A stretch of DNA of 64,000 bases from positions 103,883-167,882 of the forward strand of contig JARIGS010000010.1 of assembly GCA_029288725.1 (NCBI GenBank). Reading direction: 5' to 3'. Under the pieces are notes generated by a model, which saw only the letters and a list, made by a program, of their open reading frames with translations, was not told the origin of the DNA and searched no databases. This DNA comes from Candidatus Nomurabacteria bacterium. Its GTDB lineage: Bacteria > Patescibacteriota > Minisyncoccia > Phycocordibacterales > UBA9973. A program made the position numbers and the translations under genes. Positions 46,474 to 56,179 of this stretch are shown piece after piece. Positions within the stretch are counted from its first letter, which is position 1, and the number at the start of each line of letters is the position of its first letter.

Positions 46474-47526
46474 TTACAATAAGCGACGGACATCCCCTAC
46501 CGTCAGCAGGAGCATAAGGCCCAAAAGGATCAAAAAGCCAATAAAATGAATGATCCCAACGGTTTTTTGAGAAAACTTCTTTCGGGTAATTGCCTCGAGA
46601 AGCACCACTACCAGTCGTCCTCCGTCCAAGGCTGGAAATGGCATAATATTGATCACTGCCAGATTTACGGAGATTGCGGCCGTAAATGCCAGCAAATACG
46701 TAAAGCCAATGCTGGCCGCACTGCCCACTTCCTGAGCCAAACCAACGGGGCCAACAAGACCAGCTGCGGCGTTGTTATGATGAAAGATGCCGCGAATCAG
46801 GCCAGCAAGGGTGGCGAAGATTTCACCGCCGGTAATCCAGGTCTGTTCAGCTGCGGCCTTAATAGCAGTGAAGAATGGTAGGTGCTGCTGGACAACTGGC
46901 TCAACAGCAATGCCGATAACACGCGCATCACCTTCTCCGGTTGGCGTGATGGTTGTCGCATGGGTCGCATTGGCATGTTTGTAGGTCACGGTAATCGGTC
47001 CTTCGCTCTTGATCACGGCTGCATGGAGGTTCTCGGTGGTGACGGGATTGCTGACCATTGCTGTGCTCGTCGTAACGGAAGTGATGACATCTCCCACTTC
47101 GATGCCGCTCTTCTCGGAAGGAGAACCAGAAACAATGCTGACCACCGTTGGCGTGCCATGATCACTCGCTACCGGCATGCCGATAGTATAGGCAGCGGTA
47201 AAGAGCACGATTGCAAGAAGAATATTACACACCACACCAGCAACAAGCACGATGCTTTTCAGGTACCACGGTTTTGATTCAAACTGCTTCTCAAATGGTA
47301 TGCCATGCTCAGTACCATCCTCACCGGCAATCTTTACGAAGCCGCCAATCGGCAAGGCATTGATCGAATATGTCGTCTCCCCCTTTTTCCAGGCATAGAG
47401 GCGTGGTGGAATACCGAAACCGAATTCCTCCACTGTCATGCCGCTTTTGCGGGCGGCAAAAAAGTGACCGCATTCATGCACAATGACGGTTACAAGGAGA
47501 ACGATGATGAAAATGATAATGGTCAT
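46474..47526 (-). CDS. rseP: site-2 protease RseP (M50 family)
   Basis: Zinc site HECGHFFAARK, a PDZ domain, and multiple TM segments. Confidence 0.85.
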   Translation of the reverse strand: MTIIIFIIVLLVTVIVHECGHFFAARKSGMTVEEFGFGIPPRLYAWKKGETTYSINALPIGGFVKIAGEDGTEHGIPFEKQFESKPWYLKSIVLVAGVVCNILLAIVLFTAAYTIGMPVASDHGTPTVVSIVSGSPSEKSGIEVGDVITSVTTSTAMVSNPVTTENLHAAVIKSEGPITVTYKHANATHATTITPTGEGDARVIGIAVEPVVQQHLPFFTAIKAAAEQTWITGGEIFATLAGLIRGIFHHNNAAAGLVGPVGLAQEVGSAASIGFTYLLAFTAAISVNLAVINIMPFPALDGGRLVVVLLEAITRKKFSQKTVGIIHFIGFLILLGLMLLLTVGDVRRLL

Positions 47527-47528
47527 AG

Positions 47529-48065
47529 TTAACTGAGAATGTCAGTCTCCTTCTTATTGAACAATGCTTCAAGCTCATTGTTGGCGGCATCGACAAGTTT
47601 CTGAACGTCTTCCTTGGCATTACGCATGACATCCTCGGGGAATTTCTGATTTTTGAAATCGTTCAGCGCTGACTCACGGGCCTTGCGCACGGTAATGCGG
47701 GCATCCTCAAGACGCTCCTTTGCAATCTTCACCAGCTTCTGACGGGTTTCCGTAGTAAGGGCGGGAATAATGACACGAATACCACTGTCATCAACAGCAA
47801 TAGAAAAGTTCAAGTCGGCAGCATACAAACCGCGTTCAACATCCTTGATCTGGCCCTTGTCCCACGGCACCACGCGCAATGTCTTCGGATCCTCAATCGT
47901 CGTTGAGGCAACGTTCTTTAACGGCTGGGCTGAACCATAGGCTTCCACCATCACGCCGTCGAGCAATGCCGGTGCCGCTCGTCCAGTATGAATCTGTCCG
48001 TATTCCTTGCTCAACCATTCCTGAGCCTGGGTAATTTCTTGTTTAAGAGGGTTTAAATCGTACAT
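47529..48065 (-). CDS. frr: ribosome recycling factor
   Basis: An RRF fold of 178 aa with a block reading HTGRAAPALLDGVMVEAYGSAQPLKNVA. Confidence 0.9.
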   Translation of the reverse strand: MYDLNPLKQEITQAQEWLSKEYGQIHTGRAAPALLDGVMVEAYGSAQPLKNVASTTIEDPKTLRVVPWDKGQIKDVERGLYAADLNFSIAVDDSGIRVIIPALTTETRQKLVKIAKERLEDARITVRKARESALNDFKNQKFPEDVMRNAKEDVQKLVDAANNELEALFNKKETDILS

Positions 48066-48088
48066 AGAAATTTAGTATAGCATGTAAA

Positions 48089-48712
48089 TTATAAGACCAT
48101 GCTTGCCGCATATTCAAGCACATATTTTGTAGGAAGGTTGCCGGCAAAGAGCATGTCCTTGGCAGTATAGATAATATGAGCCTTTGCAGGGATCGTGCGG
48201 ACATGGGCTTCGAGTAGATCGAGTAGCTGAATGGCCTTAGCTCGACGAGTGGCAGCATCTTCATCGGCATCACTGGCAAACTCTTCCTTGATCTGGGCAA
48301 GCATCGCATCACGAGACAGCATTGCTGATGTGTCAGAAGGTCGGATCTCCTTTTCACTATGTATGAGCATCACCCGGGAGCGAATGGTGATGGGCACCAG
48401 GTAGGGATACGGCGTCATCAACACGATAACAGTGTCTGGATCAGGCTCTTCCAATGACTTCAACAATATTTGTGCAGCATCAGGAGAAAAGAGTGAGAAA
48501 AAAACAATATACAATCGCTCACTGCCCGTACCCTCATTAATGAACGACACCAGGTTACGAGCATGGTCATTAGTGAAGCGAGCCACTGACAATCCACTGG
48601 TTAATGGATTGCGGACCAGTGCATCTGCCAAAAATTCCTCAAATGAGGATTCGCTACTCTGCAGTAAAAAAGTTTTTTGCGGAGTAAGGGCAATGATGTC
48701 ATCAACGGTCAT
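48089..48712 (-). CDS. DNA polymerase III delta-prime-like protein, short form lacking P-loop region
   Basis: Clamp-loader sensor block LLKSLEEPDPDTVIVLMTPYPYLVPITIRSR. It is only 207 aa and has no Walker A. Confidence 0.5.
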   Translation of the reverse strand: MTVDDIIALTPQKTFLLQSSESSFEEFLADALVRNPLTSGLSVARFTNDHARNLVSFINEGTGSERLYIVFFSLFSPDAAQILLKSLEEPDPDTVIVLMTPYPYLVPITIRSRVMLIHSEKEIRPSDTSAMLSRDAMLAQIKEEFASDADEDAATRRAKAIQLLDLLEAHVRTIPAKAHIIYTAKDMLFAGNLPTKYVLEYAASMVL

Positions 48713-48726
48713 GACAGTATTGTACC

Positions 48727-49746
48727 CTATCGCTTCGCCAAAATAGAACGCTTGTAATCATCAAGGTGACCGAGCAATACGCCGGTTCCCTTCGCCACGC
48801 AATACAGCGGATCATCAGCAACGCGAACCTTTACGCCGGTTTGCTGCTGAATCAGTTCGGGAAGGTGAGCCAGACTTGAGGTACCACCAGTCATGACGAT
48901 GCCGTAGTCGATAATGTCAGACGCCAATTCCGGTGGGGTATGTTCCAACACGGTCTTGATTGCCTTGATAATGATTTCCAATTCGTACTGAATGGCCTTC
49001 ACCAATTCATTGGTGGTAATGGTCAAAGTCTTTGGCAGGCCGGTCACGATGTCACGCCCCTTTACTTCCCCGCTGACATCAGGACTGACCGGGAGGGCGG
49101 AACACAAGGTCTTTTTCACTTCTTCAGCAGTCTGATCACCAATAGCAACGTTGTAGGTATGACGAAGGTAATCGATGATGGACTGATCAAACTTGTTACC
49201 GGCGCATTTCACCGATGTTGAAGCAATGATACCGCCGAGTGAGATCACTGCGACATCGGTGGTGCCTCCTCCGCTATCGATAACCATGCAACCGCGTGGT
49301 TCATTGATCGGCACTCCGGCACCAAGGGCGGCAAGAATCGGCTCCTTCACAATGATGGCAGTTCGCGCACCGGCTTTCATCGTTGCCTCAATAACTGCAC
49401 GACGTTCGGTGGAAGTAATACCCACGGGCACTGACACCAGCACATCCGGTTTGAACAACGATGTGCGACCCAATGCCTTATTGATGAAGTAATGCAGCAT
49501 GGCATATGTCACGGTATAGTTCGCAATCGCCCCATCCTGCATCGGGCGGTGGACTGACACGGAGTCTGGCGTCTTCCCAATCATATCCTTGGCATCGTTG
49601 CCAATCGCCTCAATGAACTTGGTCGTGCGATTAACCGCCACCACTGTTGGTTCGTTCAGGACAATGCCACTGCCGGCCATAAAAACCAGCGTATTTGCCG
49701 TTCCCAAATCGATACCTATCTTTTTATTGCCAGGAAGTTTCCACAT
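48727..49746 (-). CDS. mreB: rod shape-determining protein MreB
   Basis: N-terminus GIDLGTANTLVFMAGSGIVLNEPTVVAV with actin-fold phosphate motifs. Confidence 0.9.
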   Translation of the reverse strand: MWKLPGNKKIGIDLGTANTLVFMAGSGIVLNEPTVVAVNRTTKFIEAIGNDAKDMIGKTPDSVSVHRPMQDGAIANYTVTYAMLHYFINKALGRTSLFKPDVLVSVPVGITSTERRAVIEATMKAGARTAIIVKEPILAALGAGVPINEPRGCMVIDSGGGTTDVAVISLGGIIASTSVKCAGNKFDQSIIDYLRHTYNVAIGDQTAEEVKKTLCSALPVSPDVSGEVKGRDIVTGLPKTLTITTNELVKAIQYELEIIIKAIKTVLEHTPPELASDIIDYGIVMTGGTSSLAHLPELIQQQTGVKVRVADDPLYCVAKGTGVLLGHLDDYKRSILAKR

Positions 49747-49802
49747 CTGAATGACTATAGTATAGTGGCCAGAGCACTGATGTAAAGCGCAGCATCACTA
49801 CC

Positions 49803-51674
49803 ATGTATATCGCAATAGTCATTCCGATCAGTAAAGGCATCCCATTTGATACCCTCACCTACTATAGTGCGGAACTTCTTGATGCCGGCACCATCGTATC
49901 GGTACCCTTTGGCAGACAGACCATTCATGCCATCATCGTCGAATGCCAGAGCCTGACCGAAGCCAAGACCGCCATCAAGCAGGCATCATTCTCACTCAAG
50001 AAAATCAGTCAGACCGTTGGACACGTACCGCTGCTGAGCGCCGTGATTGAAGGACTGCAGGAAACTGCCGCACGGACACTGACGCCGGTCGGCGCCATTG
50101 CTGGTGCAGTGATGCCGAGCAATCTGTTTGAATATGTTACTGGAGAAAAAATTATTACTCTTGCTGAAACCCAGGCAATCGAGCGAAACAGTTATCAGGA
50201 AGCAAGTGTCATTGGCACCACTACCGACCGGGCCGACCAGTATAAGCGCCTCATCCGTACGGCCTTTGCCGAAAAGAAAAGCGTGCTCTTCATTGCACCC
50301 ACTATTAGAAATCTTGAACAATGGAAAAATGCCCTACAGAAAGGCATTCCCAAGCATGTTGTCACGCTACACAGCAAAACGACCAAGAAAGACCTGCGCA
50401 GTGCCTTTGCCCTCATCAAGCAGAGCGACCGCCCGCTGGTGATATTTGCCACTCCAGGCTACAGCGTTCTGCCCCGTCATGACATCGGCGTGCTCATTGC
50501 CGAAGACGAAAGCAGTTCACTCTACAAAACCAACGATCGTTTCAAGACCGACCTCCGCATTTTCCTCGGAGCTTTTGCCAAAGCGGCACGATTTCATATG
50601 TATTGGGGTGACACGCTGCCGCGCTTTGAAACCCTGCACCGCACTGATGCAAGCCAACTCCCCCGCGCCTTCATTCCTGACAAGCTTAATGTCGTCCCCG
50701 TTGAACCGTATCGCAGTATCCTGCCAACGGAAGTGATTGAAATCATTCGCCATGCTGAGAAAAAGAAGAAGCGACTCTATATCCATGCTCACCGTAAGGG
50801 CGTTGCTCCGCTTTCCCGCTGCAGTGACTGCGGCACGATTGTGACCTGCGAGGTCTGCGGGCTGCCGATGGTATTGAAAAATAGAAGAAATGCCGAAGGA
50901 ATTGAGGAACGATACTTTGTGTGTAGTCATTGTGTCGCCACGCTTCCTGCCACGCATACCTGCACCTACTGTGGCAGTTGGAACATCGCGCCCGTAGCGA
51001 TCGGTACTGAAAGCATTCGTGATGCCATTGCAACCCTTGTCGGACCTGAGGCGGTAACCACCATCGATGATGACCTTACTCCGGACAGTGCCACTATCGA
51101 ACAATTGCTATCCTCAACCGAGAAGCAGAAGTTCGCGGTCATTATCGGCACGATCAAGGTATTACCGTTTCTTAAAAGTATTAACTACTGTCTCTTTCCT
51201 TTCTTTGACCGATTACTCTCAACGCCGTCACTCTACACAACCGAGCATGTCCTGCGATTGGTCATGGAATGCAATGAGCGCTCATCTGACGGTGTGCTGG
51301 TCTTCAGCCGCCAATCGGACTTTCCACTGATCAAACAGCTTGAGACGCAGAAAATAAACGCCATCATTCATGATGAACTGGCACTGCGCAAGGAAATCGG
51401 CTATCCGCCTTTTGGCAGCATCATCAAGATCAGTCTGACGGTACCAGAAGGCTATCGCTTGAGTGTGGTGGAGAAAATGCAGCACCATCTCACCGATCTC
51501 GAAGCAACGATGATGCCGGCTCGTCGCATCAGTATCGGCAGCATGAAAGTGCTCCTGACCTGGATCATCAAAACACCGACCACCTACATCGAGGAAGAAG
51601 GCCCGGCTTTGGCCGCATTCCTGACCTCGCTCCATTTTCCGTATCTTATTGAGGAGAATCCGGAACGACTATAA
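49803..51674 (+). CDS. priA: primosomal protein N' (PriA)-like with degenerate Walker A/B
   Basis: The PriA Cys-rich zinc module reads CSDCGTIVTCEVCGLPMV...CSHC...CTYCGS. The helicase motif I position reads GTTTDRADQY instead of GSGKTEVY, and the motif II position reads IAEDESS instead of DEEHD. Confidence 0.65.
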   Translation: MYIAIVIPISKGIPFDTLTYYSAELLDAGTIVSVPFGRQTIHAIIVECQSLTEAKTAIKQASFSLKKISQTVGHVPLLSAVIEGLQETAARTLTPVGAIAGAVMPSNLFEYVTGEKIITLAETQAIERNSYQEASVIGTTTDRADQYKRLIRTAFAEKKSVLFIAPTIRNLEQWKNALQKGIPKHVVTLHSKTTKKDLRSAFALIKQSDRPLVIFATPGYSVLPRHDIGVLIAEDESSSLYKTNDRFKTDLRIFLGAFAKAARFHMYWGDTLPRFETLHRTDASQLPRAFIPDKLNVVPVEPYRSILPTEVIEIIRHAEKKKKRLYIHAHRKGVAPLSRCSDCGTIVTCEVCGLPMVLKNRRNAEGIEERYFVCSHCVATLPATHTCTYCGSWNIAPVAIGTESIRDAIATLVGPEAVTTIDDDLTPDSATIEQLLSSTEKQKFAVIIGTIKVLPFLKSINYCLFPFFDRLLSTPSLYTTEHVLRLVMECNERSSDGVLVFSRQSDFPLIKQLETQKINAIIHDELALRKEIGYPPFGSIIKISLTVPEGYRLSVVEKMQHHLTDLEATMMPARRISIGSMKVLLTWIIKTPTTYIEEEGPALAAFLTSLHFPYLIEENPERL

Positions 51675-51715
51675 CGCTGTTGCGGGACAATAAAACCTAT
51701 GGTACTATTGCACCC

Positions 51716-51940
51716 ATGCCAATGATCAATGTAGAAATCAAGCGAAACGGGACAGAAAACGCTTTGGGCGTTATTCGCCGTTTCTCTCGCAAGATGCAGG
51801 AAAGCGGGATCATCCCCAAGGTGAAAGGCCAGCGTTATGCAGTCCGCCCACTCTCAAAGCTTGCAGAAAAGAATATGAAGGTACGCCGCCTTGCTCGTCG
51901 TGTAGAAGTTGAAAAACTGAAGAAACTCGGCAAGATGTAA
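51716..51940 (+). CDS. rpsU: 30S ribosomal protein S21
   Basis: N-terminus MPMINVEIKRNGTENALGVIRRFSRKMQESGII and a basic C-terminus. The start was trimmed to Met 51716. Confidence 0.7.
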   Translation: MPMINVEIKRNGTENALGVIRRFSRKMQESGIIPKVKGQRYAVRPLSKLAEKNMKVRRLARRVEVEKLKKLGKM

Positions 51941-51941
51941 T

Positions 51942-52328
51942 ATGGCAGTACTTGATACTGACACCCTAACAGTATCCATCAATGGCACGCTTCCCAGCGT
52001 GCCATTTTTGGCATTGAAGGAAAAAATTCTTGGCAAGAAGTATGAGCTCTCCATTCGCTTCGTTGCACCGGCTGAAGCACAAGCCTTGAACATTGCTCAT
52101 CGCCAGAAGGACTACGTCCCTAACACGTTATCATTTCCCCTCTCTGATAGTAGTGGCGAAATCATTCTTTGCCGCTCGGCAATGCGAAAAGAGTTCAAGC
52201 AATTCGACATGACATACGAACAATATCTGGTCTTTATCGTCATCCACAGCATGTTGCATTTGAAAGGATACGAACATGGAAGTATAATGGAACGTAAGGA
52301 GCGAGCGTTACTCGCACTTTTTACGTAA
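51942..52328 (+). CDS. ybeY: rRNA maturation endoribonuclease YbeY
   Basis: Zinc motif HSMLHLKGYEH (H3xH5xH), 128 aa. Confidence 0.8.
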   Translation: MAVLDTDTLTVSINGTLPSVPFLALKEKILGKKYELSIRFVAPAEAQALNIAHRQKDYVPNTLSFPLSDSSGEIILCRSAMRKEFKQFDMTYEQYLVFIVIHSMLHLKGYEHGSIMERKERALLALFT

Positions 52329-52334
52329 TCATCG

Positions 52335-53504
52335 ATGAAGCAACAACTCCGCATAGGCATTGATATCGGTACCTCCATGACTCGCGTCGTCGCGTGTGCT
52401 GATGAGGGCAGTGGACTGCCTAAGATTGCAGCGAGCAGCTCAGTCGAAACCCGTGGCATGCGCCATGGCTACGTCATTAACCGTGAAGAGGTTGCGGCCG
52501 GACTGCGTCAGGCCGTGCGCGAAGTCGAAAAGGAACTCGGTACGAAAGTGAAAACAGCTGCTATTGCCATTGGTGGCACCGGCATCACCTCGGAAGAAGC
52601 AATCGGTGGCAGCATTGCAAGTCGCGCTGACGGTATCATTAGCAAGTTCGATATCGACAAGGCCATTCAGGATGCCGAGTCCCGCATTGATCTCAAGAAC
52701 AGAACCATTCTTCACGCCTACCCTATCGTCTTCAAGATTGACGGCAAGGAATTGCCCACTCGCCCTGAGGGGATTAGCGGCATCAAGTTGGAAGTACGCG
52801 TACTGTTTGTCACCTGTTTCCAGCAACACCTTGATGACCTTCTCGCAGTAACGCAGGAAGTCGGCATTCGCGTCACCGGCTTTACCGCCACCCCACTTGC
52901 CGCACACAAGCTTCTGCTCACTGACCTGCAGCGCAACTTCGGCTGCACGATGATCGACATCGGTGCCGAGACGGTCTCAGTGTCAGTATTTGAAAACAAC
53001 ACCCTTACCTCGCTCTTTGTCTTTGGCATCGGCTCACTCGACATCACCAAGGACATTGCCCTCGGTCTGCGCGTTACCCCCGAGGAGGCCGAGAGCATCA
53101 AGCTCGGTACGGTATCGTTTCAGGCTGTGCCAAAGAAAAAGCTCGATGAGATCATCGAGGCTCGTCTTTCTGATATTTTTGAACTAGTAGATAAGTATTT
53201 TAAAAAGATCGGCCGCAGTGGCCTATTGCCAGCCGGTGCAATCATCATTGGTGGTGGCAGCCGCATGCCATTGGTAGAGGCAGTGGCAAAACAAATGCTG
53301 CGCATTCCGGTAAAGGTTGCCCATGTTGATTTTCCCGGCACTAAAGGCCCCGTAAAGGATAACCGCCTGCTCGTCGCCTACAGCATTGCCGTTGCCAATG
53401 AAGAAGCCCAACAAGGTCCTTCTCGCCGCAGCAGCCATCACGAAGGCGATGGTGAAGGCATCTGGGATACCATCAAGGCATTTTTCAAACAGTTAATTCC
53501 ATAA
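52335..53504 (+). CDS. ftsA: cell division protein FtsA
   Basis: Actin-fold block LRIGIDIGTSMTRVVAC and IIGGGSRMP, directly upstream of ftsZ. Confidence 0.8.
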   Translation: MKQQLRIGIDIGTSMTRVVACADEGSGLPKIAASSSVETRGMRHGYVINREEVAAGLRQAVREVEKELGTKVKTAAIAIGGTGITSEEAIGGSIASRADGIISKFDIDKAIQDAESRIDLKNRTILHAYPIVFKIDGKELPTRPEGISGIKLEVRVLFVTCFQQHLDDLLAVTQEVGIRVTGFTATPLAAHKLLLTDLQRNFGCTMIDIGAETVSVSVFENNTLTSLFVFGIGSLDITKDIALGLRVTPEEAESIKLGTVSFQAVPKKKLDEIIEARLSDIFELVDKYFKKIGRSGLLPAGAIIIGGGSRMPLVEAVAKQMLRIPVKVAHVDFPGTKGPVKDNRLLVAYSIAVANEEAQQGPSRRSSHHEGDGEGIWDTIKAFFKQLIP

Positions 53505-53511
53505 AATAAAA

Positions 53512-53550
53512 AAGGGTTCCGCTAAATTAGAGGAACCCTTTTAGTTTTTT
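53512..53550. terminator. bidirectional terminator between ftsA and ftsZ
   Basis: A 9-bp stem aagggttcc/ggaaccctt with an 11-nt loop, A-rich before and T-rich after. Confidence 0.55.
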
Positions 53551-53553
53551 TGT

Positions 53554-53742
53554 TTAGTTAGTGACTGGCTGCTGATGAACATTCATGTAAAGCCCTTGAA
53601 AATAGGGGGAAACTATAATCTCCTTTTCTCCACTGGTTTCGTTTGTAATGTACTCAATAGCACCACCTGTTTTTAAGAATTGCATTTCTGGAGGAGCGGG
53701 ATATACATCATCACTCCTGGATTCAAAGTCAATCATGCTCAT
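53554..53742 (-). CDS. small hypothetical protein (62 aa) antisense-oriented between ftsA and ftsZ
   Basis: The ORF ends 4 nt before the bidirectional terminator. No recognisable domain. Confidence 0.25.
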   Translation of the reverse strand: MSMIDFESRSDDVYPAPPEMQFLKTGGAIEYITNETSGEKEIIVSPYFQGLYMNVHQQPVTN

Positions 53743-53873
53743 GGCTTAATAGTTTATGAAGAGGTTTCATCTAAAAATACTACATTCTGGGCATAGTGTC
53801 AATTTCATTGCCCTTTTAGGGGCTTGTGGTATATTGTCACCATACTAATAGCCCGTGGAAGGGAGAGTGAAAT

Positions 53874-55085
53874 ATGCCAAAATTAAGCCCAGAAATTGAA
53901 ACTGCCGCCCGTATTAAGGTAATCGGTGTCGGTGGATCAGGCGGCAATGCCGTCAACCACATGATCGGTGGACGCGTCCGCTCAGTGGAATTTATCGTCA
54001 TGAATACCGATGTGCAGGATTTGCACAAGTCAGCAGCCGAAAAGAAGATTCACCTCGGTAAGAACCTTACCAAGGGTCTTGGTGCCGGCATGAACCCAGA
54101 AATCGGCATGCGTGCCGCTGAGGAAACCAAGGCTGAGATTCAGGATGCCGTAAAGGGCGCCGACATGGTCTTCATCGCCTGTGGTATGGGCGGTGGTACT
54201 GGTACTGGTGCAGCACCAGTGGTTGCTCGCGCAGCCAAGGAACAGGGCATTCTTACTGTTGCCGTCGTGACCAAGCCATTCTTCTTCGAAGGCAATCAGC
54301 GCATGAAGATCGCAGAACGCGGTATTGAGGAATTGGAAGCGGAAGTTGATGCCATCATTGTCATTCCAAACGACCGTTTGCTTGCTATCGCCGGCAAGGA
54401 CACTACCTTCAAGGACGCATTTGCAAAGTGTGACGAAGTCCTTCGTCAGGCAGTCGAGGGCATCTCTGACCTCATCGCCTCTCCGGGTATCATCAACGTT
54501 GACTTCGCCGACATGAAGTCTGTCCTCACTGACGCCGGTACTGCCCTCATGGGTGTTGGTACCGCAACCGGTGACGGCCGTGCTGAAAAGGCCGCTATTC
54601 AGGCTATCAACTCTCCCCTTCTCGACATTTCCATCAATGGTGCTCGCGGCGTGCTCTTCGCCATCTCTTCCAACGACGACCTTACGATGCAGGAATTCCA
54701 GGATTCTGCGAAAGTCATTACCGAGTCTATCGACAAGGATGCTAGGGTCATTATCGGTACTATTGCCGATGACCGCATGAAGAAAGGTGAAATGAAGATC
54801 ACCGTTATTGCAACCGGCTTCCCAACTGAGAATGCCAAGAAGCAGAATCTCTTTGGCGGCAATGCCCAGCAGCTTTTCACGCGCGCTGAACAGCAGTCAA
54901 CTACAACTGCACCATTGCCTCAGCAGCCAGCTCCCCAGCCTGTTATCGAACGCGAACCAGTGAAGCCAATGGTACAGAAGGCTGATGTTCGCCCTGCCAC
55001 TGAACCGGATGTACTAGAACCGGAAGGAACCGAAGAGGAAGATTGGGGCGCTATCCCAGCTTTCCTTAGACGCAATAAAAAATAA
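53874..55085 (+). CDS. ftsZ: cell division GTPase FtsZ
   Basis: Tubulin signature [14 protein letters not shown]-terminal block [13 protein letters not shown], and a C-terminal tail. Confidence 0.95.
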   Translation: MPKLSPEIETAARIKVIGVGGSGGNAVNHMIGGRVRSVEFIVMNTDVQDLHKSAAEKKIHLGKNLTKGLGAGMNPEIGMRAAEETKAEIQDAVKGADMVFIACGMGGGTGTGAAPVVARAAKEQGILTVAVVTKPFFFEGNQRMKIAERGIEELEAEVDAIIVIPNDRLLAIAGKDTTFKDAFAKCDEVLRQAVEGISDLIASPGIINVDFADMKSVLTDAGTALMGVGTATGDGRAEKAAIQAINSPLLDISINGARGVLFAISSNDDLTMQEFQDSAKVITESIDKDARVIIGTIADDRMKKGEMKITVIATGFPTENAKKQNLFGGNAQQLFTRAEQQSTTTAPLPQQPAPQPVIEREPVKPMVQKADVRPATEPDVLEPEGTEEEDWGAIPAFLRRNKK

Positions 55086-55099
55086 GGTTTCCTCACTAT

Positions 55100-55202
55100 A
55101 AAAAGAACACCCGTTCGCTCGCACACATAAATTTCTGCTGAAATTTTGCTCTGCTCGGCTCAGTCAGCCTTGCGCAAGGGTCGCGAACGGGTGTTCTTTT
55201 TG
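55100..55202 (+). terminator. long structured hairpin (18-19 bp perfect stem, 64-nt loop with internal 12-nt palindrome) followed by T-run; ftsZ terminator/attenuator-like element
   Basis: AAAAGAACACCCGTTCGC at 55101-55118 pairs with GCGAACGGGTGTTCTTTT at 55183-55200. The loop contains CCTTGCGCAAGG, and TTTTT follows. Confidence 0.5.
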
Positions 55203-55226
55203 CGTTCGAAACAGTATAATAATGCC

Positions 55227-56174
55227 ATGAATTACGATTTGATTATTATTGGCGGGGCGCCGGCTGGTGTTGCTGGGGCGGTCTATGCTGCGCGCAAGCG
55301 CTTGAACACCCTGGTTATTGCAGAGGAAATAGGCGGGCAGTCAGCCGTATCAGAAACTATCTTTAACTGGATCGGTACACCGGAAGTCAGCGGTGCCGAC
55401 CTTGCAAAAAATCTTCGCAGCCACTTGGAATACTACACCAAGGATGGTGACACCCTCCGTCTTGCCATTGGCGAACGCGCAACAGCTATTACAAAGAGTG
55501 GCGAAGAGTTCGTTGTCACGACTGGCTACGATGACGCATCGAAGAAAACCTATACTGCAAAAAGCGTTCTTATAGCAACAGGCTCTCGCCATCGTCAGCT
55601 TGACGTTCCTGGTGCAGCGACATTCGAGCACAAAGGTATCCTATACTGTGCAACCTGTGACGGTCCGCTTTTCTCCGGTCAGCCCGTGGCAGTAATCGGT
55701 GGTGGTAATGCCGCACTTGAAGCGGTGCTCCAGCTTGCTGAATACACCTCACACGTTACCCTGCTCCATCGCAGTGATGAGTTCAAGGCTGATCCTATTA
55801 CCGTTGAAAAAGCCAAGACCCTCAGCAATGTCACCATTCTTACCAATGTCGAGCTCAAGGAAATTACCGGCTCAATGTTTGTTGGAGGTCTTACCTACGT
55901 TCAGAATGGTAACGAGGCATTGCAATCTCTTGCGGTCAATGCCGTCTTTGTAGAAATTGGGCAGCTACCCAATACAGAATTGGCACAAGATGTCGTTACC
56001 CTTGATCAGTATAAAAAAATTGTGGTTGACCCTACCAATCAGCGCACCAGTACCCTCGGCATCTGGGCAGCTGGTGACTGCACTAACGGCCTCTACCATC
56101 AGAACAACATTGCAGCGGGTGATGCAGTGAAAGCAATTGAGGACCTCTACATCTGGCTCAAAAAGGCCGAATAA
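55227..56174 (+). CDS. trxB: thioredoxin-disulfide reductase
   Basis: FAD motif DLIIIGGAPAGVAGAVYAAR, redox-active CATCDG, and an NAD(P) motif GGGNAALE. The -10 TATAAT ends 6 nt before the ATG, suggesting a leaderless transcript. Confidence 0.85.
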   Translation: MNYDLIIIGGAPAGVAGAVYAARKRLNTLVIAEEIGGQSAVSETIFNWIGTPEVSGADLAKNLRSHLEYYTKDGDTLRLAIGERATAITKSGEEFVVTTGYDDASKKTYTAKSVLIATGSRHRQLDVPGAATFEHKGILYCATCDGPLFSGQPVAVIGGGNAALEAVLQLAEYTSHVTLLHRSDEFKADPITVEKAKTLSNVTILTNVELKEITGSMFVGGLTYVQNGNEALQSLAVNAVFVEIGQLPNTELAQDVVTLDQYKKIVVDPTNQRTSTLGIWAAGDCTNGLYHQNNIAAGDAVKAIEDLYIWLKKAE

Positions 56175-56179
56175 ATTTC

